Shown piece by piece: positions 38,447 through 50,700 of a DNA stretch of 64,000 bases. The notes beneath the pieces were generated by a model. That model worked only from the letters and a program-made list of their open reading frames with translations. It was not told where the DNA came from and made no database searches. Within the stretch, counting starts at the first letter, position 1, and every line of letters begins with the position of its first letter. The stretch covers positions 20,646,001 to 20,710,000 of the forward strand of contig NC_043002.1 of assembly GCF_006345805.1 (NCBI RefSeq), in the 5' to 3' direction. The translations under genes were made by a program, and so were the position numbers. The DNA is from Octopus sinensis (lineage: Eukaryota).

Positions 38447-39238
38447 ATTTAACAAGAATTGTATTAGCATTTATACATTAGGCAGGTTTAAAGGAGTGGT
38501 GGTGGGGGACTTTTTTTGGGGTAGGCATAGCGCAAAATATCATACTTGGGGGAGTGGTCAAGGAGTCAGTGGTAAGTTAGATGAAGGAATAGATAATAAA
38601 AAAATAAAATAAAGAATAAAAAATAAAAATAAAAAATATATAAAAAAAAAAATAAAAAATAAAATGTGTGCACATACATACATAAACCATATACATACAC
38701 ACACACATACGTACACATTGTGCCTATACATACCTACCATACACACATACATACATATATATATATATATATATCTATATATATATATATACACAATCAA
38801 TACAGGCCCATTCCCTAATTTTAATTTTATTATCTTCATTTATTACTTTGTTATCTTTGATCGCTAGGGCTAAGGATCCTGGCGATGGCAGCATGTCCAA
38901 TCGTCTGTCTACTAGAAGGCAAGTACTCGTTCCCGCACGCACACTCATTTGCACGTACATACACCCATTCGTACCTCATACACATACACGTACGCACGCG
39001 TTATTCATAACATACATCATTACATACGTTCACGTATATACACATACGTACTCGTACCTACAGATTCATGTCTACACTTTAGGAGGCTAGTCTATATATA
39101 TCACCAGTAAATATACATATATATATATTATATATATATATATTATATAATATATATACAACATATCCACATACACACACACACACACATTATATACTCC
39201 TACATACAGATACATACCCATACATATATATACAACAT

Positions 39239-39272
<34 letters not shown>

Positions 39273-39551
39273 TATATATACATACAGATAATATATATTA
39301 TAATATACATATATATATACATACATACACCACACACATATATATACACACACATACCTACACATATATATACATACACAAACATATATACCATATATAT
39401 ATATACATATATACACACATACATACACACACCGACATACATATACACACAAACACATACATACGTAAACATACATACATACATCCATACATCCATACTT
39501 ACATGCATTTATACGCATACATACACCCCCATCTATATATATATATATATA

Positions 39552-39582
<31 letters not shown>

Positions 39583-39746
39583 CACACTCACACATACATG
39601 TGCGTGCGGGAACGAGTACTTGCCTTCTAGTAGACAGACGATTGGACATGCTGCCATCGCCAGGATCCTTAGCCCTAGCGATCAAAGATAACAAAAGTAT
39701 AAATGAAGATAATAAAATTAAAAGTAGGGAATGGGCCTGTATTGAT

Positions 39747-39787
<41 letters not shown>

Positions 39788-40125
39788 GTGTATGTGTAGG
39801 TAGTATAGGCACACATGTGTACGTATGTGTGTGTGATGTATATGTGTTTATGTATGTATGTGCACACACATTTTATTTTTTATTTATTTTTTTTTTTTTT
39901 ATATATTTTTTTATTTTTTTATTTTTATTTTTTATTGTTTATTTTTTTATTTTTATTTTTATTTTATTTTTTATTTATCTATTCCTTCATCTAACTTACC
40001 ACTGACTCCTTGACCACTCCCCCAAGTATGATTTTTGCGCTATGCCTACCCCCAAAAAAGTCCCCCCCACCACCACTCCTTTAAACCGCCTAAATGTATA
40101 AATGCTAATACAATTCTTGTTAAAT

Positions 40126-40176
40126 AGCTTCCTGAAGATTTCTCTTGAATGAAACAGTACTAGTCCTGTAGAAGCT
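40126..40176 (+). ncRNA. Type I hammerhead ribozyme motif, near-canonical
   Basis: agcttc CTGAAGA t-ttc tctt gaa-t GAAAC ag tactagtc ct GTA gaagct. 6-bp stem I, 3-bp stem II with a U.U at its base, 4-bp stem III with ACTAGT palindrome in the loop, GUA triplet. Confidence 0.65.
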
Positions 40177-40423
40177 CCTTCTATATAATAAATAAAAAAA
40201 TATATATATATATATATATATCATATCTTTCTCATATTTCTTTTATCGTAGTTCACGTGGTAAATATCATGTGTAGTAAGTGGCTTGCTTACCAACTACA
40301 TTCTTCTGGGTTCAGTGGTTCAGTCCCACTACGTGGCACCTGGGGTAAGTGTCTTCTACTATAGCCTCGGGTCGACCAAAGCTTGTGAGTGGATTTGGTA
40401 CACGGAAGCTGAAAGAAGCTCGT

Positions 40424-40455
<32 letters not shown>

Positions 40456-41494
40456 CGCGCGCGTGTTTATGTCTGTGTTTGCCCCCCACCCCACCCCGAT
40501 AGAATACTAGGCTTACATAGAATAAGTCCTGGGGTCGATTTGTTCGACTAAAAGTGGTGCTCCAGCATGGCCGCAGTCATATGACTGAAACAAATAAAAG
40601 AATAGGATGCCCATAAATTACAGACATCAGTAAATATATCCCCAATGGTTGTTACATTTTTTGATAACATAATAGGTTAGATAGGATGATGTCTATATTA
40701 TAATATTACAATAACCAATATTATGATCATGAAATTAACATGTCTCACTCTTTCTCTCGGAACCCATAGGAACCCTTTGCGGAGCCCTAGGGTTCCAAGG
40801 AACCCCGGTTGAGAAAAGCTGCTCTACACAATTACATGGCCAATTAGGAACAACAGCTAAATCTCCTTCAAAGCACTTATTCATACAAGTTTTTAAAAAG
40901 ACGAGAATGCTATTAATCATAAATCTGCCAAACAAGAAAATGCCAAGGGTTAAACAATAACGAATCACAGGTTTTAGCCATCTGCACAGCTGCTCCAGTC
41001 CACTCCACTCAGCTGCAATGGGTACCAACCAGGTACTGGTGCAGCCCTGTTTCCCTTCACCTGTCACATCCTAGATGCCGCGTGTGAGGGAGCAGAGAGG
41101 GTATCTATGTAGCCCACACAAGACTATACAGGGGTCTGAAACAGCGAAGGTGCGAGACCATGGTGGGATACCAGACAAATCGACTCCGGTACTTTTATGC
41201 ATACTACTTATGCTATCAGTCATTTTTTTTATGATTCGCTAAGTTACGGGGACGTAAACAAACCAACACCGGTTGTCAAGTGGTGGAGTGGGACAAACGC
41301 AAGCGCAGTTTCACACACACACGCGCGCGCGCGCGCGCAAATGACAAGCTTCTTTCATTCTCCGTCTCACAAATCCACTAGCAAAAAATTTGGTCGGACC
41401 GAAGCTATAGAAGACACTTGCCCAAGGTGCCACACAATGGAACTGAACCCGGAACCATATGTTTGAGAAGCAAACGTTTTATAACTGCCATGCC

Positions 41495-41549
<55 letters not shown>

Positions 41550-41616
41550 CTAATACATCTGTTTCTTTTGTACACCACCCGTCTTCGTCTTTTGTTTTTT
41601 CGTAAACTCTCCTTAT

Positions 41617-41663
<47 letters not shown>

Positions 41664-42292
41664 TATATAATATTATTCCCTTCATGGGACTGTCACATTA
41701 AGTTGACAGTATACAACTACTTTATATATATATATATAGTTAGATAGATAATTTCTTTTTCGTTCTTTTTGCTTGGCTTGCCCCCAAAGCAGCCAAATAT
41801 CCATAAAATGTTGAAAATGACATTTAGAAAATATTGTCCTAATTAACTTATGCATAGAAAAAACATAGAGTGACCGGATCGTCTCAGCTGGAATGTTTTT
41901 TTTGAGTTGGGGTTACATAACGACAGCAACATATCTGGATATCATATGTGCTGAAACTAAGCTGAGGTCAAGAGATATGATTTAGATTTATGCGTGAAAA
42001 TGTGTCTTATCTCTCGTTTATGTTAACATATATATTAGGTGTTCTGGGGAAAAGCTATGATATCTAGTAAATACACTTGAAATTCACACAAAAAATGTAT
42101 GCTATATAGAAAAACTAATAAGGAAGGACTGAGAATGCGCTAAATTTTATACATATGTATATCTGAATAAAACAAGCTCTATCTTTCTAACATGGGGAGT
42201 AAATATTTCCATCCATCTATCCATCTGAAAATAAAGATACAAAATTGATTCATACAGACAACATAGATAGGTAGACAGATAGAGATAGAAAA

Positions 42293-42523
42293 GGCGGCGA
42301 GCTGGCAGAACCGTTAGCACGCCGGGCGAAATGCGTAGCCGTATTTCGTCTGCCGTTACGTTCTGAGTTCAAATTTCGCCGAGGTCGACTTTGCCTTTCA
42401 TCCTTTCGGGGTTGATAAATTAAGTAGCAGTTACGCACTGGAGTCGATATAATCGACTTAATCCGTTTGTCTGTCCTTGTTTGTCTTCTCTGTGTTTAGC
42501 CCCCTTGTGGGTAGTAAAGAAAT
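42293..42523 (+). mobile_element. Full-length SINE family A with 16-bp TSD
   Basis: Same head and core as the 32102 copy. AGATAGAGATAGAAAA at 42277-42292 and 42524-42539. Confidence 0.85.
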
Positions 42524-43244
42524 AGATAGAGATAGAAAAAGGTGTGTGTGTGTGCAGGAAATATACACATGTGCACTTAGATGAGTCAGTGGTTGTCCAA
42601 AATGCAATTTATTTTCCCTGTTGGCGGGGAAATTTTGTTGCACTCATCACTAGACATGGTGTTTCTCTGTTCACTTTAGTGTAAATCTGAGCTTTGAACA
42701 ACATTTAGTAAGACGCCATTATCAAATTATGTATGACCACCCAACATCTCAACATTCGGTTTGCGAAAAAAATAGAAAAGGAAAAAGGAAAACGATGGAA
42801 AATGTACCAAGAAATGAAATCCTTCGAAAGCTTTCAGCGCAGTATAGGAACAATGTTTTGCCTTTATGGACGACTAACCAATGTAGTGAAACTGTTTAAA
42901 ACGGCGACATAATTGTTACAAACCACAAATGAGCCAGACGCGGAATCAGGACCAAATCTTCTGCTGATTACAACCCAGAAGGAATACGTGACACGATTCC
43001 AGTGAACAGACGGCTGAGTATAAAGTGCAAAATAATACACAAATTAAATGTAGTTCTGTTGATAAAATCACCCACAACAGAACTGCGTGGCAAAAACATT
43101 TTGGAGTTCGCAAACAACTATTGGATCGTTATGGTAATAAAGGTAAAAATAGAAATCGCAGCTTGTAACACTCATTTAATTAGTGAATTGTGTATAATTG
43201 ATGACTCAAGTTTATTTTCTTTTATTTTATTTTATTTATGCGCC

Positions 43245-43545
43245 CTTTTCAAGTCTAGCCAGGCTCATGGGCCCGGTTTCCCGGTTTTTATGGCGTCCCC
43301 CCCCTCAGCTGGACGGGACGCTAGTCCACCACAGCGTTACTCAAGAAACAGGAAGAGAGGGTGAGAGAAAGTTGGGGCGAAAGAGTACAACAGGGGTCGC
43401 CACCCCCACCCCCCTGCCGGAGCCTCGTGGAGCTTTAGGTGTTTTCGCTCAATAAACACACACAACGCTCGGTCTGGGAATCGAAATCGCGATCCTCCGA
43501 CCGCGAGTCCGTTGCCCTAACCACTGGGCCCATTGCACGTCCACG
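43245..43545 (-). mobile_element. tRNA-derived SINE family D
   Basis: Reverse complement of the 44560 head and body plus a GGCCCGGTTTCCCGG tail region. Confidence 0.75.
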
Positions 43546-43811
43546 ACTCAAGCTTATATATAACTTATAACATTTGCTTATTTATTTATTTGGTTTTGTT
43601 AGCGTTTGTCGTCCCCCCCCCCAGTGTTGGGATTTTCCAGCGCTTATACGCGATAACTCGAGTGCTCCATCTGGGCAAGGCTCTGCTTCTATTCTGAGCA
43701 AAAAGAACATTGGAAACGTTTTTAAAAAGGCGACAATTAAAGAACTGCCTGAGGCTCCAGGAGAGTGTATATACACACACACACACACACACACAATATA
43801 CACATCTGGAA

Positions 43812-43850
<39 letters not shown>

Positions 43851-44559
43851 GTCTAGACGTCTTACATCATCCAGTTTCTTAATAAAAACAATTCGTCTTT
43901 GCAAATAAGTCTAGTACTAATGAAAATATTGCACACACACACACATACACACACACACACACCACACACACACAGAGTCCTGTGTGTATATGGATGCATT
44001 AGTGACACGAGATAAACTTTCCTAACTAGGAATCCAGATTGAGTCGCGGTCAAGTTTCATAAAAAGCTTCTACCAAATATTGTAAATCCATGTCCCTACT
44101 CACATTACACCCTCCAAATCGTGCGCGTGTGTATGTGGAATGTATACTTCCATACATTACACCACAGACATTTTGTTGTGCATATTGATATATTTGCATG
44201 TTTGTGAATGCGTGTGCCTGTATGTATGTATGTATGTATGTATTATGTGTGTGAGAATGTGTGTAGGTGTATGTATGTGAGCGTGTATGTATATGTGTGT
44301 GTGCGTGTATGTACGCACGAGTGAGCGAAGGTGCCTCAACGTGGTCACTAGACATGCAAGAAACAAACTCAAATATGCTTCAAGTCCATTCTATGCCGTC
44401 TTATAAGACTAAAGTACACATCAGGTAATGCAGTCGAAGATACACAAAGTTCGAAAATAAATGGGATAGTCGTGGTAGGAACCACTTTGATTAAAAGTCT
44501 GATTACAAGTGAGCTTGTGCTAAACAAGAACAACAATATCAACAACAGCAACAACGGTG

Positions 44560-44790
44560 GAGGCGCAATGGCCCAATGGTTAGGGCAGCGGACTCACAGT
44601 CGTAAGAGCGCGGTTTCGATTCCCAGACCGGGCATTGTGAGTGTTTATTGAGCAAAAACACCCAACCTCCACGAGGCTCTGGCGGTGGTGGAGGGGTGAA
44701 ACCCGTTGCACTCTTTTCACCAAAAACTTTCTCTCACTCTTCTTCCTACTTCTGCCACAAAGCAAAGGAACCATGGTATAACCCACTATG
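44560..44790 (+). mobile_element. tRNA-derived SINE family D
   Basis: Head GGCGCAATGGCCCAATGGTTAGGGCAGCGGACTC...GGTTTCGATTCCCAGACC with A- and B-box-like motifs. An opposite-orientation copy is at ~43245-43545. Confidence 0.75.
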
Positions 44791-45261
44791 GTGTGGTAAA
44801 CTTTCAAACCCTAGTCCTCTGTGACTCCACCCGTTAAAAGCCACCGTTTACGGATTGAGGATAACAACGTAGCTTTCACGCACGTGCAAACGCCAGTTTA
44901 TCGCATGTGGTGGTGGATCTTCAAGTTGCCAAACGTATTCTTAGTAGCTTAGAGTAGGCTCGAATTAAAGATTATTCTTTGTGGCTAATGGCGCGAGTCC
45001 TGACTGGAAGAAGGAGACAGCAACAGCGTGCGACATCTCTTTTTCAAAAGCGTTTTTTTTTTTGTTGTCTGAAATCAATTACGAACGCTCAGATTTGATC
45101 GGATATAAAGTCAGTTCTATAAATTAGAGACAATCTATCAACTAGATTTTATTGATTAACTCTCACTTACTGCTTCAGTCATACAATTTACGTTAACTTA
45201 TCATCATATATTTTGCTTTTTACCAGTTATAATGATTTCTATGTAAATACGAAATAGGGAA

Positions 45262-45452
45262 ACAACCAACTGAAAGGAAACCCAAGGGCGGACAAAGAGC
45301 GAGTTGGTTGGATGATATTCATAGTGCCAGTTGGCCACGCCTCGGGATCCACCGTAAAGTGTAATGGTAATTGGTTCCTGTGGGACCTATGGAGGATATG
45401 CCGGAGCCTCCCAAGAATAGTGGAATTGTGGGTGGAAAAGATGGATGGGTAA
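45262..45452 (+). mobile_element. RTE-clade LINE 3' fragment related to the 56885 copy
   Basis: QPTERKPKGGQRASWLDDIH, with nucleotide similarity to the reverse complement of 56890-57090. Confidence 0.6.
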
Positions 45453-46012
45453 ACGGAAAAGAGAGGGTTATACCGGCTCGCTATACCTAATCTTTTTTCT
45501 TGCTTGGGTCTGGAGGAAAGAGCAGTACTGTAAGCAGTACCCATGGTCTGTAAGCAGTACCACTGAAACCGGTGATGCAGTCGGTGTTGTTGATGTTCCG
45601 TTTAAACTGCGGTGAGTAGAGACACAAACAGGAAAAATATGATTAGTGAGGAGATCCTGAAGGTACGAGGTTCTGGGGAGAAAGGAACGGACGTACTATT
45701 TAGTGTAGAACCTGGGAAGAGGGTTGAACACGACAAGTGTGATGCGAGGAAGGGAGACGCGTTGGACGGTAGTACATGAGTGGAGGAAGCACATGACCAG
45801 CAAATTGTGAAAACGGAAGAACAGAGATCACCCTATAGAACGTGAGTGAGTGTGTACACACACATACATACAGTGTAACCCTGCATGGTGATCAGCTATC
45901 ATCGGGGAGACAATCCCTTCTAAATGAAGTTAAGACCTGATTGGAAGTTCGAATTTTAAATCAAAAAGTAAAGATGTTGCACCGAATATACAAAATATTT
46001 CTCTTTCCTCGA

Positions 46013-46088
46013 CAGTAATCCCTCGCCATATCGTGGTTCACTTATCGCGGTGGGTTTCGGAACGTGACACCCGCGATAGTCGAGGGAT

Positions 46089-46093
<5 letters not shown>
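46013..46093 (-). mobile_element. Minimal copy of the Tc1/pogo-type MITE
   Basis: CAGTAATCCCTCGCCATATCG ... CGCGATAGTCGAGGGATTACT: both termini of the 20572 family with the middle deleted. Confidence 0.7.
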
Positions 46094-46123
<30 letters not shown>

Positions 46124-46217
46124 CAGTTATCTTACCTCGTGCTAAGACTAATTATAAGGCACTCATGGAATATGTATGTCTTGTTACCGAGTAAATTATA
46201 TATTGAGAGAAAGAGAG

Positions 46218-46271
<54 letters not shown>

Positions 46272-46446
46272 ATAATAAATATTAGGGAATAAATCCAATT
46301 TACAGGGAAAAAATCAGATTTAGGATTAAATCCAATTTTATAGTAAAATATTATAAAATATTATTAGAGACAAAACCACTATTTTGCAAAACAACAAGGA
46401 AAGACTTAATCAACACATAAAATTTTAATAATAGTCAAAAAAACCG

Positions 46447-46489
46447 CCACTACAATTGTTTCTTGTCTTGATCGACAATCTTCAGGTGG
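46447..46489 (-). ncRNA. Minimal type I hammerhead ribozyme motif (mirror copy in the left arm)
   Basis: Exact reverse complement of 46537-46579. Confidence 0.8.
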
Positions 46490-46536
46490 ACTTCCAATAA
46501 GTCAGTTTCATAATTTGAAACTGACTTATTGGAAGT

Positions 46537-46579
46537 CCACCTGAAGATTGTCGATCAAGACAAGAAACAATTGTAGTGG
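46537..46579 (+). ncRNA. Minimal type I hammerhead ribozyme motif
   Basis: ccac CTGAAGA ttgtc gatcaa gacaa GAAAC aatt GTA gtgg. Stem I ccac/gtgg, core CUGAAGA, 5-bp stem II, GAAAC, palindromic stem III ACAATTGT, GUA cleavage triplet. Confidence 0.8.
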
Positions 46580-46666
46580 CGGTTTTTTTGACTATTTATT
46601 AAAATTTTATGTATTGATTAAGTCTTTCCTTGTTTGTTTTGCAAAATAGTGGTTTTGTCTCTAATA

Positions 46667-46749
<83 letters not shown>

Positions 46750-48240
46750 AGAGAGAAGAGAGAAAGAGAGGCGGGGAGGAATGGAGGCAGCTATGCTGAA
46801 ACAGTAGTCGAAACATCTCGAATGCCAAACGACACTTTAATATATTTAAGTCAAGTGATTTCATCCTTACAATCGTCGTAGTAAGCCAACCATCTCCACA
46901 TGTGCATCATCTCGTATAACTGTCGGAAAAGGAAGACCAACAGATGCTGTTTTTATCCCCGCCTTCATTCAGCTCGGTGCTCGTAATGTTGGTAGTTTAC
47001 TGGAGGCCTCCTGACTTCTTGTAAAACGTAGGTTATTGATTTCAGTATTTTCTATGGTTTCGTGAGCTTTTTCTTCCCCTTAACACTGTTTATATCTATC
47101 GCTCGTTTGAGCCCTGTCACAGCATTTCCTTCGCTACCCACGCCTCTCTCGTTATTACATATATCTTTATCGTAACTTTAATCAGTTTTATCAGGTATTC
47201 GTTCCTTTCTCTCCCACTTCTGCTATCATTTACTATGCAAATTTAAGAATAAAGCAATATGTAACCCCAAGTTTCTTCCTACATCAAATGAAAAACGAAA
47301 CAAAAATTTTTTAACCACGAAAAAATCAATAAGCAAGACTATCTGATTAAGAAGTTCGTTGCGAAACCTGGTGGTTCCGGGTTCGATCCCCTCCCCTTCG
47401 TCATTATCATTAAGTGCCTTCTGCCATAGCTTTGGGTTGATCGATATCTCATGAGTGGAATTTGGCAGAAACCCTTCACATAAGCGCATCCACACACACA
47501 CATATGTAGAGGTGGTGTTTATATTTGTGTGTGCTTTTGCAAAAACTCATGTAATTTCAAAAAGCATAACCTACCATTTCGATAAATACGCATCGATAAA
47601 GATCAGTAGAAGCCAAAATATTTAACCAAAAAATTAAAATTTACGTGCAAGCGTGGCCCTCCGACCAATCTCTGAGTCCAGCAATTATCCGTCTTACTCA
47701 TGACAGCATAGACAGCGGACGTAAAACGACGACGGGGGTTGTTTTTTTAATCCTAAGTCAGCAGAGAACGTGGTGTCTATAACACTTCTCAGTCTCTTCG
47801 AGGTTGGTGGCAGGGAGGTTAGTCTCAAACTGGACATTCAACCCGAAAACTTATAACTGTGTGGAATCTGCTAAAAGCATCTCAGGGCTCAGGATATAGT
47901 GTTAAAACAAATAACTGCTAAGTTTTATCACCCACGTAGTTCGAGGTGGGATTTGAAATCACAACGAAAAGAATACGAACAAATACCGCAAGATAACCGA
48001 TGTGACATTCTTACAGTCTTGCCGATTATACTTTTCTTATCTATCGACCCTGAAAAGATGAAAGGCAAAGTTTATCTCGATGAGATTCGAACTCAGACAA
48101 AAAGTCGGAACAAATATTACGAAGTATCATGTTCGATGCTCTAACGAGTCTGCCCATTTGTTGCCTATGATGACGATGATGAGGATGAAAAAGAAAACAT
48201 CTAGCTATTGATGAATCAGATTTGTGCTGGTCGTGTTTCC

Positions 48241-48277
48241 TTGATGAGGTTTAAATAAGACCGAAACATGTCCAGCA
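48241..48277 (+). ncRNA. Degenerate hammerhead-like motif
   Basis: TTGATGA ggttt aaata agacc GAAAC at GTC cagca. Stem II and a palindromic ACATGT stem III are present, but C3 is T and the adjacent stem I does not pair. Confidence 0.35.
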
Positions 48278-49012
48278 TTTTGATTGCAAAGATTACATTT
48301 TCTTTCAAGCATGCGAATTTTAGAATATGTCTGTTATTGTTTGACCTCAGGTCAGTCTGGATAAAGTTGACGTATGACTAAAGACGTTTCAACCCAGACC
48401 AATACGTATGATTTTTATTTTCCAAACACATCTACATAGTACATTATCCAATGTGTCCCCCTCTTTTTTACGACCGTACTGTAGGATTAAGATATTTTGG
48501 TTACTAATTCTAGCAGGTCAGAAAATATCTGGACGTTTTCTTATCGCTCAAACTGTCTGTAGTAAAACTATCTGGCGCTGATCAAAATCACCATCACCAC
48601 CACCGACAGTCCATCGTCAGCACCATTACCATCTTCATCATCATCACCACTACCTTCAGAAGCACTATTTTCATCGTCATCATAGCCACCACCAAAGGTA
48701 CCTACCATCATCGATATCATCGTCACCACCACCACCACCACCACCACTACCACCGCTGTCATCGCCGTCATCATCATCATCATCATCATCGTCGTCGTCA
48801 TCATTATCATCATCATCATCATCCCCCATCCTTTTCATCTCTTCAAAACTCGACGTTCTCTCACAATGAATCAGTAAGCGCTGCCTTCCGCACTGTGCTG
48901 TATATATGCTGTTTGTGTGTAAAAATGCATATCTCTATACACATATTTTATACGCATTTATGCATGTGTATGAGTATATGTATACAAACACAATGACTCC
49001 CCCCTACAGATA

Positions 49013-49073
<61 letters not shown>

Positions 49074-49352
49074 AAGCGGGAGGGAAAGACGTAAAGGATA
49101 GAGGGCTATATTGCTTAATCACAGGAATTTGAGGAAATGCTTAGTAAGTTTTAATTACACAATATATGCATGTATATATGAGTGGGGTGTGGGTGTGTAG
49201 AGTGTGAATGTATTGTGTAGGAGTATTAAATCTGTAACAGTATGTATGCACACGAACATAGAGCGCTGTAAAATATATATGAGTGTATGTCTAAAAGGGC
49301 AGCAGTTTATATACATTAGTATTCACACCCATAAACATACTGAAATATGCAT

Positions 49353-49391
<39 letters not shown>

Positions 49392-49811
49392 CTAACGAAT
49401 ACGCCTGAACGTCGGCTAGCTCGAAATACCAACCAAATTTGTCTAAATTTGTACCCTCGTACAAATTTGATAGAATGTTACATTGGAAATTTCGGAGTAA
49501 ACGACTTGATGGCCATGGCTGGAATATATTTGATCATGGGTCTGTTCGATTCGGTACTAAACAACAATAAAAAAAAATACACGACCACAAACACTCATAC
49601 ACATATTAGCCACTCACAGATGATTATACGTATATACGACAGAAAACGATGTTTGGTAGGACAAGCATAAGTCAAAAAGCAAATCTTAAAAGAAAACTGA
49701 ATGAAAACAAAATCCTGTGTTTGTCTATACCACTTTAAAATAGTGATCCAGGGAGGATACTGCGCCAGATGTCAACTCACGAGTCGGGTGTGCAGTAATA
49801 GTTTGCGGGAG

Positions 49812-50200
49812 TAGCTGTGTGGTAAGTAGCTTGTTTACCAACCACATGGTTCCGGGTTCAGTCCCACTGCGTGGCATCTTGGGCAAGTGTCTTCAACTAT
49901 AGCCTCGGGCCGACCAAAGCCTTGTGAGTGGATTTGGTAGACGGAAACTGAAAGAAGCCCGTCGTATATATGTATATGTGTGTGTGTGTGTGTATGTTTG
50001 TGTGTCTGTGTTTGTTCCTCCAGCATCACTTGACAACCGTTGTCGGTGTGTTTCCGTCCCCGTAACTTAGTGGTTCGGCATAAGAGACCGATGGAATAAG
50101 TACTAGGCTTACAAAAAGTAAGTCCTGGGGTCGATTTGCTCGACTAAAGGCGGTGCTTCAGCATGGCCGCAGTCAAATGACTGAAACAAGTTAAAGAGAG
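49812..50200 (+). mobile_element. tRNA-derived SINE family B (CORE-like TTGGGCAAGTG segment, internal TA/TG microsatellite)
   Basis: GTGGTAAGTAGC...GGTTCAGTCCCACTGCGTGGC...TTGGGCAAGTGTCTT...CAGCATGGCCGCAGTCAAATGACTGAAACAAG. Other copies near 40268-40605(+), 41205-41495(-), 60065-60450(-), 17395-17600(-) and 63895-64000(-). Confidence 0.8.
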
Positions 50201-50235
50201 GAACGAACAGGATCTGGGCCAATTCTTTGATTAAC

Positions 50236-50700
50236 ATCCAAATGAATGACCTGCTGCACCAAAACATTGTCCTACCAACAGCAGTCTAAGCAGAGAAACT
50301 TGGAAAATGACTGCCAAGATCGCCCAAATGTTGAAGGCATTCCACCAACGGCATCTATGCAGAATACTCAAGATTACCTGCAGGGTTAGAGTCACGAACT
50401 CTAAAGTTCTGAGAAGAGCCATTCTACGCAGTCTGTAGGAGATTGTTGCGAAAAGAAGACGGAGATTTGCGGCTATTTTCCGACTGTCAGAAGGACGAAT
50501 AGCCAAAACGGTTATACAATGGGTGCCACCAACGGGACGAAGGAAGAGAGAACGATCCAGGAAGACATGGCGCGTCAGCTTCAAAGAAAACCTAAAGCAA
50601 CTTAACATCGCCTGGAAAGATGCAGGCTCCAAACTGGAATGACTGGAGACGTCTTTCTACTCAATGTACAGGCCAACTGTGCAAGAGGAACTAAAACTAA
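50236..50700 (+). mobile_element. RTE-clade LINE 3' fragment
   Basis: ETWKMTAKIAQMLKAFHQRHLCRILKI..VTNSKVLRRA..KRRRRFA..WVPPTGRRKRERSRKTWR, the typical RTE ORF C-terminus, with stops. Confidence 0.8.

Larger units (their letters stand above)
38386..40191. mobile_element. Inverted duplication (arms 38386-38943 and 39599-40191, 655-bp low-complexity spacer) with hammerhead motifs at the outer ends; Penelope-like inverted structure
   Basis: Unique sequence such as GATCGCTAGGGCTAAGGATCCTGGCGATGGCAGCATGTCCAATCG recurs as its reverse complement after 39599. Arm differences are mostly homopolymer or microsatellite indels. The ORF track shows the same peptide from 38775(-) and 39600(+). Confidence 0.85.
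46352..46675. mobile_element. Near-perfect fold-back palindrome (~160 bp arms) carrying hammerhead motifs; probable non-autonomous Penelope-like element
   Basis: 46352-46510 is the reverse complement of 46516-46675 with only 3 differences (2 single-base indels, 1 substitution). Loop is TAATT. (TA)n tracts lie on both sides. Confidence 0.85.

Noticed and set aside
42933-43364. Stop-free plus-strand frame of ~143 codons
   Set aside because: No recognisable domain, weak splice signals, and the 3' part runs into a SINE tail.
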